Assembly: GCA_051362555.1 (NCBI GenBank)
Contig: CM120646.1
Span: 496,001-560,000 of the forward strand
Length of the DNA: 64,000 bases
Direction: 5' to 3'
Source: Lingula anatina
Lineage: Eukaryota; Animalia; Brachiopoda
The position numbers and the translations under genes are program-made. This document shows, one piece after another, positions 20,484 to 32,763 of the stretch (the first letter of the stretch is position 1; each line of letters opens with the position of its first letter). The notes beneath the pieces were generated by a model that was not told where the DNA came from, searched no databases, and saw only the letters and a list, made by a program, of their open reading frames with translations.

Positions 20484-23400
20484 ATGGAAGCGAACGAGCA
20501 GAAGTTACCTTCGTTGGTGCAAGAAGATGACGAAAATTTCAGACGAGCGCTCTCTAATCTCTTCAGGGACATCAGATCTGAAGCTTTCAGCAATATGGAG
20601 TACTTTGAAGGCCATAAACATCATAACCATGATAAATTTTACAAAATGTTTTGCACTTTATTGGAGCACCTGGACTCTGACAGCGGGGTTGATCAATTTC
20701 TGGATCGACTCTTACAAGACATGCATACTTACGACTATGACGAATTTACGCCAGCGAACGGCTACAGAAGTATCATCAAAGTCCTTCACAAGTGCTGTGT
20801 ACATATCCTAGTACTCTGTAGGTACATATCAGTAAACAAGGGATCTTTCTTGTTTCGTTGTGGACACTATAGCAGAGAACTGTCTGCATACGTGAGCTGT
20901 CTGGGACAGATCCGGGCAGCAATGTTTTATGCGGTAAAGCTGATGGGGTATTGTGAAGTTGGGGAGTTATTCAGTGATGATAACAAGTTCCGTGGGAATG
21001 AGACCGCTGAGAGACTTATGGCTGAGTCAGAATGCATAGACGCTCAGTATTTTTATGGGCGGTGCCTAGGATTTCAGGTTTGTTTATTGTTGTTTGCTTA
21101 TTGTTTTGAGCTGTGTCAGTAATCAGTTGTTCATCGAAAGCCATGTAAATTTTAGATAAAAGTTTAAAAAAATGTTGTCACTGTACTTGTACTACTCTCT
21201 GGTTCATAAGAAGTTATTTGCATAGAATTGTGATCATTACCATTTTGAAATATTTTAAATTCCTATTATTAGAATTGCATATTTTTCTAATGAGAAATGG
21301 CATTTCAAAAACTTGCCTAACAGGTTATAATTGAATCAGTGGTGTACAGAAGTAGTGAATTCCTTCTCACTAATGTCCAGATTATCTTATGACATGTGGT
21401 CTCTAATTAAGCAGTGATGAATAATTCAGTAATTAGAGAGTAGATGTGACTGTAAAGCTATTGTGAAGTTTCTTTCTATACATGAAAGGAACATTTTCCA
21501 TGGCAGACAATAATGAACAGAGTATAGCTGCTTCTTTTTTTCTTGCACGAATACTTACTGTATAGTATTTAGCTAATTGACACTGATAAAATTATTTTCA
21601 TTTTTGTCCAAAATTTTTAAGAAGTCACTCCCCTCCAGTTACCCTCACTTAAATATTGAAAGTGTACATAGTTGTCTCAATTAAACATAGGCTAGCCATT
21701 CATTTCTGTTATATTAGCAATGAAAGTTATATTAATAATGATGATCATAAATAATAATATTTTCTTTATCTTTAAAGTCATAATAACTCTTCGTTTTGGC
21801 CAAAAATTGGATTTTCCTGGAGAAAACGGCAATTTTCTTGTACATTCCAATGGTGCATTCAAAGTTACTCCAGGGTTTATTTCCTAAACGTTTGGTTTTT
21901 TGTTAAAATCTCTTAAGAGATTTTAACTGACGGAGCCCTCTCTGACATTGTATAGTCACGCGATATTGAGCGATATTTTCTGGTGACCTACTTAAAACCA
22001 CGGGAAAAAACACAACAACAACACTATATAACATTAATATAGGATTCATAAGATATATTCGTCTTATTGCTCAAAATGCATTTATATCTACAATGTGTGC
22101 AATTCTGGGCTTTTCATTATCTGACGCACTGTACAAAAACTCGCAACTTACGTCTGCGGATTGCATCATGTGTTTGGCGCCATATGTTATTTTGGTCTCG
22201 AATGAATGCGAGAATCCGCTTGACACCCCAATGTCATTGGCAACGGATGCCTTGAGGACCGTGAAGAAAGGCATCGAAAGCCTTATTGACAAGCACAGAT
22301 TTTAGTTTTACTACAATAACAGCCGTTTTAGTGGTAAAATGCAATAGAATATATACTAGTACTTCCATGCGTTGTTTACAATGTATTTCTTGCGGAATTT
22401 TGAATCTCAAAGGAAGAGTTATTATTGCTTTAACTATTTTTATATTCATATGCAGAGTATTACTAAGGATACTACTTGAAAATGTAGAAAATTGTGAATG
22501 TATAAATTTATTATTTCAGTATTGCATGTGTGAAAATTTTTCATACCAGATTTCTGGATTTTCAGTCTTCATTTTCATTGTTTTATCAATTCATTTGAAT
22601 ATGATGACAAATTGTAAGGCAGGGGGGTCTGGTCAATTACATTTTCAGGATTATCACGTTGTACACCTTTCATCCATGGTATTGAGAATCTCTTTGTAAT
22701 TTTAGTATTGATAAATGCTTTTGCTATTTCAGTATTGTGAGTCCATGCTAAGACCTTTCCAAGTACTTCACATCACAATGGCTGTGTACAGTGAGCTTTA
22801 CAAACAGGACAAGTCTAAGCTAGGAAAGCTGACTGGTTCAATCCTCAGTGGTGGAAAATATTTACTGAACCCTGACTTGAGGGGTAAACAGGTGTCTGTG
22901 ACCACCAAGACTGAGGACATCAGGTTCTGTAAGGGGTTCTGGGGGCTGGCAGAGACACAGATGATGCACGTAAGGACACTTGAAATTGAAATAAATTTGT
23001 AAAGCTAAAGTGGAAATCTCGACGTCAGATGTTATGACAAAAAGCATAGTAACTTGCAGAAAATGTTTACTAGTAAGTAAAGACAAGTTTAACATTAAAT
23101 TTTTGATTGGTGTTTTCTATTGTCTCATGATATCATAATAATAGTATAATTATTGTGTTCTCCAGACATTACCAGACTATGTCTGTCCCTCTGTACAAGT
23201 CAATGAGGTGCTCCTGATCCCAGCCAAGGCTGTAGACATTCCCAAGTCTCAGAGCATTGGTCATGTGACCATCTACCCCCCGCAGTCCCACCATGGCCCT
23301 GGTCCCGTCCAGGTGCGGCTGATATCACAGGTGTACAGGGAGGGACAGGTGAGATCTCTGGAATAGAATAGAAAGGAAGAGTTTTTAAGAACTTTTTACG

Positions 23401-26174
23401 CTTTCTTTTTGTTTTCTTTGGATAATATGCTTTCTGTTTTATCCAAGATCTTTACTGTAAGCAGTCACGTAGGGCATATCTTCACAACAGTTTTGAAATA
23501 TTTCATTGTAAATAAGTTGAACAGACTGTGTATTGTTATTTTTAGGATACATTTAATAGTTGATTTTAATCTTGACAGACAGTGCTTTCAGTTAGTACCT
23601 AAAATATCTGGCACATTTTGTGATTTTTCCTTAATTTTGACTTTTCTTGCCAAGAATTATTGCATATTATTATCTATCTGTCCCCAGGAGTTGCTGTTGC
23701 CTTACCTCAAGGACCAAAAAGGAGGAAAATTTGTAAACAACAGAAAAGTCCAGCCCAAGTCCCCGTATCTCCTGATACAGTGTCATGGAGGAGGGTTCGT
23801 AGCTCAGAGCTCAAAATCTCATGAAGTAAGTGATTTATGATATGAAACTGATTTTGGATTTAGCAAGTAAATATTGTATTATATTTCAGACTTACCATGG
23901 GCATGTGACCTGAAGGTGCCCCTGGTTGCCATGACTACTCCTTATAGAACAAGTGAACATTGTATTATATTTCAGACTTACCTCAGAGAGTGGGCCTGTG
24001 ACCTTAAAGTGCCCCTGGTTGCCATGGCTACTCCTTATAGTACAAGTAAACATTGTATTATATTTCAGGCTTACCTCAGAGAGTGGGCATGTGACCTTAT
24101 AGTGCCCCTGGTTGCCATGACTACTCCTTATAGTACAAGTAAACATTATATTATATTTCAGACTTACCTCAGAGAGTGGGCATGTGACCTGAAGGTGCCT
24201 CTGGTTGCCATTGACTACTCCCTCGCCCCCCACAACCCCTACCCCCGTGCCATAGAGGAGTGTTTCTTTGCCTACGCATGGATACTGCAGAATTGTCATG
24301 TACTGGGTAAGGTGTTTTGAAAATTTGTGTTTTGAAGCAAACACTTTTCAGTGTAAGAGATGGTTATGCCCTTATTATTACATCAAACAGAATAGCTATA
24401 CAGTTTGCATGAGCACACTTTGAGAGTACCTAACATGTTATTGTGCTACATCGTATTTGACTGTTTGGGCAGAAGTTAATTTATTAACTTTCTTATGTAA
24501 TACCAAGCTATTAAGCTATACATTGTAGTATGCCAATCCATGTGAAAAGGGCCTTACAAATTGTTATCATCTATAATTAATTGGCATGATTTTAAAATCC
24601 AATCCTTTTTTATTACTTAAATCAAACAATGATCAAAATAAGTATAGTATTTAAAGGGAAATTTTTTAAAACAATAAATTTGATCACCCCAGGTTCTACA
24701 GGAGAGAAGATCTGTCTGGTGGGGGACAGCGCAGGAGGGAACCTCATTCTCTCCACAGCTCTCCGGGCTGGGGAGATTGGAATACGTGTTCCAGACGGCC
24801 TGGTTGGAGCATACGGCTGTTTTATGGTCAGATACTCGCCTTCTCCCTCTAGAATACTCAGTATCATGGATCCTCTCATTCCTGTGGGGATGCTGACCAG
24901 GGTGCTAGGAGGTAGCATCATAACATGTTTTCACCAGCTTTCTTTTGTTAACTTATATATATTTATATGTCTGTTCCTCACACATAGGTGAAGATTTTGT
25001 GCTGTGATACTATAAAAACTGAATCAAAACAAAAAAAAATTATGTTAAAGGAAGCGTAATATACACCTTTGTGAGTTCTATTCAAACTGGAAAGAAGTTT
25101 ATACCAATGTCATGATTGCTTATCTTTAGTAATGGTCTTGTTATTTTCAGCTTATGTGGGTGTTACTGAAGAAGAAATTCTAGCATCTCAGAAAAGTGCC
25201 TCTGATCTGCTGAAGAAATCCAAAGATGGGAGGAAGCCAGAGCCTGCTGAAGAGCTTCTACTTCAGTCCCAAGACGAGCCACAATCACAGTCTTGCAGTA
25301 AATCTCTACACGGCACAGAAAAGGATTCATCAAACAAAGGTGCACAAATCAGAATAGAAAGCAAAAATCAAATAGCAGACAATGGAAAAATAGCTCTTCA
25401 CCGTTTGTGTGGTCCAACCATGGTGGATGTAGACAAAAAATCAGGACAGGAAGATTTGGGTGCCCCTCATTTGACAGGTGCACCAGATCTGACCTCGGAA
25501 AAACTTAAAGTGCACACATCATGTAAGATTGACTCTCCCCACAGGAAGAGACTTCTTTCTGAGGTGGTGGAAAATGAAGAGCTAGAGGAAACAACACCAG
25601 AACTTACTTTAACAGAGGATGAAATGGCCAGTGATGTGAAAACAAAAACAAGGAATGAAAAAAGGATGTTTGACATTGATTTAGGTGATCTTAAAATTGA
25701 AGATGTAAAAACATCAGAAAATGTGAGCCCATTTGTCAGAAAAACTTCTTTGGATAGTTCAGGTGACCCTGTTGACTTTTATTCCTGCAGTTCAGGATCT
25801 GATTTTAGTGTGGGGAGTCCCTCATCAAATCCAAGGACTACATCCCATAATACTCCATCAATCCCAGGGGTACATGTGACAGGACAGTCTGCTCCAACAA
25901 GTGGCAAAAGTGAAGGATTTGGGGACTTGAAGGTCACTTTTTCAAAGGCAAAAAATACAGTTACTCTCCCCCCAAAATCTTTACCTACCCCACTGAAGAA
26001 GATTTATCACACACGGAGTCCATCTTCACCCAACTTACACAGTGTTATGTATGGACAGGAGAAATACAAGCAGCAGGCTGTAGTAGGTGAGTGGGATGTG
26101 CCAAGTTATTGTGATGTAAATAATATAATAAGCAGAAATGTATGTGTGTAAAGGCATTACAGGACACCTAGTGG

Positions 26175-26207
<33 letters not shown>

Positions 26208-27178
26208 CTTCTTTTCTTTTAATGACATTGTCTTATCTAGTATGTGTTATTGATAGCTATTCCTCCACTCTATGAGCAGTAAGATATTGGGATTTTAATA
26301 CACACCTGTAGCAATACTGTTAGTATTAACTTACCTGTCATGTTTACAGGGGTGTCCCTGAGGACAGGTGACTGGGTCCCCCTGTATATTATCATTATTA
26401 ACACATCTGTCATGTTTACAGGGGTGTCCCTGAGGACAGGTGACTGGGTACCCCTGTATATTATCATTATTAACACATCTGTCATGTTTACAGGGGTGTC
26501 CCTGAGGACAGGTGACTGGGTACCCCTGTATATTATCATTATTAACACATCTGTCATATTTACAGGGGTGTCCCCGAGGACAGGTGACTGGGTCCCCCTG
26601 TATGCCCTGGAGTGTACACCTGAGGAGAGTCCACTGTTAAAGTTCCACCATATTGAGCTGCCTAAGGACCCGTACATGTCCCCTCTCCTGGCCACGGACC
26701 ACATGCTCAGGAAGCTGCCTCCTGTCTTCTTAGTGGTAAGAATGGCAGCATAATGTTATATATATGGATAGATATATTCAGGTTAAATTTTATATGAACA
26801 TTCATGCTTCAGTGTCACCTAATATAAATTTTTCTGTATATTATTGTGTATCGTTTCCCAGCTTGTGTAGATGCCATATTAATCTGTGAGACTGTTTCAA
26901 TACCACTGATGTTACCTCCTCTGTATATTATTAATTCTAGCTTGTGCAGGTGCCATATTAATTTGTGCCATTGTCCATTTCAGTCCAGCCACCTTGACCC
27001 TGTAGTGGACGACTCAGTGTCCCTGGCCAAAAGGCTCAAGGCCATTAACCGCCCTGTAAAACTCGACATCCTGGACGATCTACCCCACGGCTTCTTGAAC
27101 TTTGTCATGATCAGTAAGGAGGCGAAGCAGGGGGCCGACCTGTGTATTGCTAGGATTAGGGAGGTGTTTGGATCATGA
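20484..27178 (+). CDS. LIPE: Hormone-sensitive lipase, 9 exons, ~938 aa
   Basis: Exons 20484-21077, 22733-22969, 23166-23348, 23688-23825, 24162-24306, 24693-24911, 25151-26086, 26566-26735, 26984-27178. HSL_N motifs ([17 protein letters not shown]), [26 protein letters not shown] nucleophile, LDPVVDD and LPHGFLNF. Confidence 0.95.
21776..22429. mobile_element. Kolobok-like MITE, copy B (LIPE intron 1)
   Basis: TTAA flanks (21772-21775, 22430-22433). Reverse-complement homolog of 3137-3761. Confidence 0.75.
23872..24220 (+). repeat. 4x tandem repeat (93-bp unit; first unit 86 bp) spanning the LIPE intron4/exon5 acceptor
   Basis: ttatatttcAG acceptors end at 23889, 23975, 24068 and 24161, each followed by exon-5 start sequence ([15 protein letters not shown]; partly deleted in copy 1). 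Confidence 0.95.
26178..26205. repeat. (GA)n microsatellite
   Basis: Direct reading. Confidence 0.9.
26335..26603 (+). repeat. 4x 72-bp tandem repeat spanning the LIPE intron7/exon8 acceptor
   Basis: tttacAG acceptors end at 26349, 26421, 26493 and 26565, each followed by GGGTGTCCC.GAGGACAGGTGACTGGGT.CCCCTGTAT. Confidence 0.95.
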
Positions 27179-27901
27179 TCTGTTGACCTGTGTATTGCTA
27201 GGATTAGGGAGGTGTTTGGATCATGATCTGTTGACATGTGTATTGCTAGGATTAGAGAGGTGTTTGGATCATGATCTGTTGACCTGTGTATTGCTAGGAT
27301 TAGGGAGGTGTTTGGATCATGATCTGTTGACCTGTGTATTGCTAGGATTAGGGAGGTGTTTGGATCATGATCTGTTGACCTGTGTATTGTTAGGATTAGG
27401 GAGGTGTTTGGATCATGATCTGTTGACCTGTGTATTGCTAGGATTAGGGAGGTGTTTGGATCATGATCTGTTGACCTGTGTATTGCTAGGATTAGGGAGG
27501 TGTTTGGATCATGATCTGTTGACCTGTGTATTGTTAGGATTAGGGAGGTGTTTGGATCATGATCTGTTGACCTGTGTATTGCTAGGATTAGGGAGGTGTT
27601 TGGATCATGATCTGTTGACCTGTGTATTGCTAGGATTAGGGAGGTGTTTGGATCATGATCTGTTGACCTGTGTATTGCTAGGATAAGGGAGGTGTTTGGA
27701 TCATGATCTGTTGACCTGTGTATTGCTAGGATTAGGGAGGTGTTTGGATCATGATCTGTTGACCTGTGTATTGCTAGGATTAGGGAGGTGTTTGGATCAT
27801 GATCTGTTGACCTGTGTATTGCTAGGATAAGAGAGGTGTTTGGATCATGATCTGTTGACCTGTGCATTGCTAGGATTAGGGAGGTGTTTGGATCATGATC
27901 T
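27137..27901 (+). repeat. ~16x 48-bp minisatellite built from the last LIPE codons, the stop codon and the start of the 3'UTR
   Basis: Unit GACCTGTGTATTGCTAGGATTAGGGAGGTGTTTGGATCATGATCTGTT. The first unit encodes [13 protein letters not shown]-stop. Confidence 0.97.
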
Positions 27902-30102
27902 CTTAATCCACTTATAATCGAGTAAAAGGGAATTAGACCCTATAAAATATAACAAATAGGCCACTGTTACAATGAATGAACTATTAGTAAGTCAGGTTAA
28001 GCTTGTCATGCTGTTTCTGTGCTCATTCAGGTGAAGAAACGCAACTCATTACACCTTCAATTATGGAAATACGTAATCTTTTGAAAAATGATTTGTTGAT
28101 GTGCTCATTTTTTTTATTTAGAATATTTTTCTTTCTACCAAAAATGTTCAGTTATATAAAGGTGAGTACTTTTACTCTTTGATGATTAGTGGAGAGTTCA
28201 GCAAAGAGTCTGATTGGTTTATGGCAGAAATTACTGAATTTTCTTGGCGTAGAGTTTTATTTTTCTGAAAACTTTCAGATTAGCTTTAGACATTGTCAAA
28301 TGAAATTTTAGAAATTTTTTTATCAAGTGTAATGACATAAACATCCCCAAAATGTATTCCCATGTATATTTAGAGTATATATAAGATAAACTTTCCTCAC
28401 TGGTCGAATGGAGCTCATTGTCAAAGTATTGGTATATTTGTCAGATTTGAGAATAAGAAGGGTGCATATTTTACTAATTAGCCTAAGTATTGTGCTAGGA
28501 CAGTGTTTTAATCAACTTGTCAACAGGATCTGTGATAAGAGAAAATGTACGGCACTAACAGTTGTATTTTATTTTTTTCACTGTGGGTAAATCCTGGCAT
28601 ATCAGATTCTTGCCTTTAATCAAGTGAAGATGCTTTATTATTTGCTCTTTCATTGTATTCATCTCATGTGCAGCTACTACTTGCATTAAAGCTAATGATA
28701 AAATTTGTCTTATTTTATTTATTTATTTGCTAGTAGACTTACTTATGAGGACAAGAAGCCAATGCAAATCAACTTAAAACAAAAACTCCTCAATCTCAAA
28801 TATCATACAATTATCAAATTGGTGCATCTATTTTAGTCAGACCAAACGGGTTTTTGTTTTTGTAAATTTATTCTATTTTAATATGGTATAGTATAAGGTT
28901 TTGATTAGGATTTATTGGAGTTTAGAATAGGTGAAGAAAATAAACCTTAAGGAAGGTGCAGGTATGTGGATGGTGCAGAATAAGAAGGACTGATATGCTC
29001 AATAAGATGTCCTGATATTTGCTGATGCGGTATCTTGTCTAGGTGCTGAGTATTACCATGACTTACCATAGTATATGTGTTATTGTATTCTCTGCCAGTG
29101 CATGTGTTATTAATAATTTTATTCTTCATAATTATCATTTCAAGTTGATCAGAAAATATTAACCAATCAGGCAAGTAGGTAGTTGTGCCTATAATGTGTA
29201 GTTCATTAATTATCAGGTTTTTTGCAAGCCAGGTCAAACTGGTCCGACATGTGTACCCAGATATTTTTAATTTAGCTATTTTAGTCTTTCTTTTGTCACG
29301 AGTTTACAATAATTAGTGTAATATTAATCTTATATCATTTCACAATTGTAAACACAATTAAAATCATTGGCCACAATTCTGTTTTTCAGTAATGAAGTTA
29401 AGATTTTTTTCTTTTTTGTTCAGTTCAGGAAGTATCAGTGATAATATTATCATTACTCACCACATTGCTCTGATGATGATTATTAGTTTTGCATTAATTT
29501 GTCACATTTTTTCCAGTATACTTACATTTTATACACCTGTTTTATCAACTGTTGCATTCTGCAATTGACATCTAAGGAATTATTGTATTAGCTTATTTAT
29601 GGGCGGTTTATAATTACAAACCATTTATTAAATGAATATTTACACTTTTAAAACGTTTAGATCAATATTTACTGTAAATTTATAATAAATTTGGAAAGTA
29701 CTAAATATATAAGTAATAAATAGTGCAATATTTAACCAGTATTGGACTCATTTTGTATCATTACACAGGAGAACAGAGGAATCTAAATGAATTTTATTTT
29801 TACTCCAGTAGCTCTTCTGATACAGTGATAACAATAACTTGCATTTTGCACTGCTGCTTCCTAGCAATTTTTTTCAACAAATTCTAAGCTGGGTCAGTAA
29901 TATAACTGAGAACCAAGCATTTCAAATTATCGACAAAAATCTCTCTGAACACTTTTCATTTTATGTCAAAAGAGGACATATTGTGTGATCCTTATGGACC
30001 CAAACTTCTACCAATCTTTCTAAACTGATGTACTTAACATCTCTTAACAGTGAGAATTATTTTTTTCATAATCATAATGTTGGTGTGTCACTTAATTCTA
30101 TT

Positions 30103-31189
30103 CTAGACATAAGTCCCATCATCATCGTCATCATCGTCTTCATCTCGGTGTTTCTTTTTACCACGATTCTTCAAACTGTCAATTTTTCTTTGCAGCTCTC
30201 GCATTTCTTGTGCTTCTTTTTCTTCCCTTATCTCATCAGAAAGTAAGCTTTCAGTGTCTGTAACAGTTTCCTCTAAACCACTCCCCTTAGCAACAGTATC
30301 CATGGCAGCAGACATTTGACTGACACTTTCCTTGTGCCATCCATCACTGCTCATGTCCATGGACTTGTACTGCTCCATGCGAAAGTCTTGCCTCGCCGCG
30401 TTGAGCAGAACATTGTTGATGTGTTTGCTTTTGTCAATGGCTTCAGGAAGGACGGGTGGCCATGGATTCCCTGTTTATGACATAAAAGATAATAAAAGTA
30501 CATAAAATAATGCATTTTATCTATGAGTAACATACTGGTCAAACTGGATGCAGAGGTTTGTGTGTATGTAACTTGAAGATTGTCACCACAGCCCTATGTA
30601 ACCAGTATTGGCCCAATGGACAAGGAACAAACGACCAAGAAACTAGAAGATTCTTAATTTAAATGGGAACCATATCAATAATAATAAATAAAAAAGAAAA
30701 ACATTTTAATGGCCAAGTACAGTACACATCAGCATTTGGCTTATATAAAACAGAACGAGGTCAATTGTTACAGGATTGTTACAGGAAATGAATATATTTT
30801 GTTTGTTAAAAAAAACAAAACAAAAACCACAGTCCTTTCCCCACCTTTCAGTTCCAGCAGGCCCATTTCTCTGCCTTTGCCTGGATATACATACGGCAGT
30901 CGGTACATTTTGGTGAAGGCTGTGGGACATTTCTCAAACCTTGGTACTAACACCTTGAACAGCTTGTGAATTAGATCTTTTTCCTGAAATGTAATATGTT
31001 CTAGATTTTACAAAATGGCAGAATTAAAAGTTGAGGCACTTTTTATGTAGTTCTAAAGATTGCAGTGGACTGATAATACACACAGAAATTTCTAATAAGA
31101 AATTTGGAACAGGGAATCTCTCTTAAAATGTACACACTAATTGCTTATATAAGCTATTCCCAAAGGTATCTTAATATTTAAGATTGCTT

Positions 31190-31230
<41 letters not shown>

Positions 31231-32763
31231 TGAAGGAAAGGGGGTTGGGATGAGGACATTTATTTCATTTAGATACCAGTTCAGGTTCACTAAGTACACT
31301 GCATTTACCAATCAGAAAAGATAATACAACATTACAGCAACTTCTTTAAACTGCCACACAGCACAGTGACATCTATATACAGTGGAAATATTTTAATTCA
31401 CCCCAACAAATGCAGTGCCACTTCATTATTCAATGCTACTTAGGTGCAGTATCGACCCGTTTACTCACCAGTAGCCAGAAGTCTGCCAGCTCCATTGTGG
31501 GGCCGTGCTTGTCACCGTTTTTTATTGCCCTCTGAATTAACTGCAATCAAGTTTAAAAAGGAAGAAATAACATTACTTAAATAGGTGATGTAACATAGCT
31601 GAGAGAGGTAAGATTGTTGTGCGCCTTTTTGGGGGAAGTGTTGAAAAATAACCTACCAGACCAGGGATCGAACCCGGGACCTCTCGCTAACAGGGCAAGT
31701 GCTCTACTGCCTGAGCTATCCAGCTGGTTCTACCCTGCGTCTGGCTCTACATTGTGAATAGAGAGCCCCCACATACAAGCTGAATACAATGGACCTTAAC
31801 TGTTAAAATAATGGTTTGTTCATGTTTTATCACAAATCATAACACTTAAATGTCACTGTATGGATTTATGTGATAGAAAATAGGAGTGCTTAGGCATGAA
31901 CTTAATTCGTGTCAGGGAGGCTTTCAAATTTTAACCTTTTAGAAAATGATTTTAATTTTCGGTACTTTTGTAGTATACCCCCCCACCCTGTAACTTCCTG
32001 AAACTTTCATTTTTCAAACATTTTTTTACATTGTCTATTTCACCTTTGTCAAAACTGTTGAAATAAAATGTTTTTGTAATTACCTGTGGTCTTTTTATTA
32101 CTACCTTATTTTATGTGAACATAGGATTGATACATTGTATACTTGGACTTCCTCTGTGAAATTATTATGAGCTACTTGTTCACATAAAATTGCCTTAGAG
32201 TTAGCCAACGAAAATGTGGCAAGTTATTGACTGCGGGTGTAAATTAAAGATTCTAACATTGTATTTCAATGGGCTGGATTAAACGTGATTAAAACTAATA
32301 AAAAGTCCACAGGTAATTACAAAAGCATTTTATTTCAACAGCTTTGACATAGATGAACAATAAAATGTAAAAAACTGTTTGAAAAGGGAACGTTACAGAA
32401 AGTTACAGGGTGGGGGGGGTATACTACAAAAGTACCTAATTTTCTTGTGCCTGTAATTGTATGCAAATGTATGCAAATTGTATGCAAATGCTCTAAAAAT
32501 ATATATCAAGCTATAGATCGTTCTCAGTCCCTTGCACATACGACTAGCAAAGGTGAATTAGGCGTATTCCATCACAAACCCACCAATTCTGCATAATCTC
32601 TGGCTTCGGCGGCTTTATTCCACGTTGTTTCAATCCTCTCGTGGCGAATTAACGATGTGACCACCATTCTCAGTCTCGTTATCCTCGCCAAGGGCCCGCC
32701 ACCAGGACCAAAAGTGCCCCGAAGCTTCCTATATGACATCTTGTACGGGTAACGTAGTGACAT
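30103..32763 (-). CDS. MRPL17: Mitochondrial ribosomal protein L17 (bL17m), 4 exons, ~252 aa
   Basis: Exons 32763-32584, 31540-31469, 30983-30845, 30470-30103. Motifs LIRHERIETT..KA.E.R.YAE.LI, ADFWLLEKDLIHKLFKVLVPRF, LELKGNPWPP. Confidence 0.93.
31192..31229. repeat. (TG)n microsatellite
   Basis: Direct reading. Confidence 0.9.
31652..31728 (-). mobile_element. tRNA-derived SINE head / pseudo-tRNA in MRPL17 intron 1
   Basis: Minus strand reads ACCAGCTGGATAGCTCAGGCAGTAGAGCACTTGCCCTGTTAGCGAGAGGTCCCGGGTTCGATCCCTGGTCTGGT. A box and B box are present, but the anticodon loop is atypical. Confidence 0.6.
31961..32436. mobile_element. Merlin-like MITE with ~140-bp TIRs
   Basis: TIRs begin GGTACTTTTGTAGTATACCCCCCCACCCTGTAACTT. 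Perfect 8-bp TSD TAATTTTC at 31953-31960 and 32437-32444. GGNRM termini as in Merlin. Confidence 0.8.

Noticed and set aside
26980-27867. 295-aa minus-strand ORF and 179-aa plus-strand ORF
   Set aside because: By-products of a 48-bp repeat lacking stops in those frames.
27137-27901. Regular repeat array resembling a CRISPR
   Set aside because: There are no unique spacers, the unit derives from the LIPE 3' end, the context is eukaryotic, and no cas genes are present.
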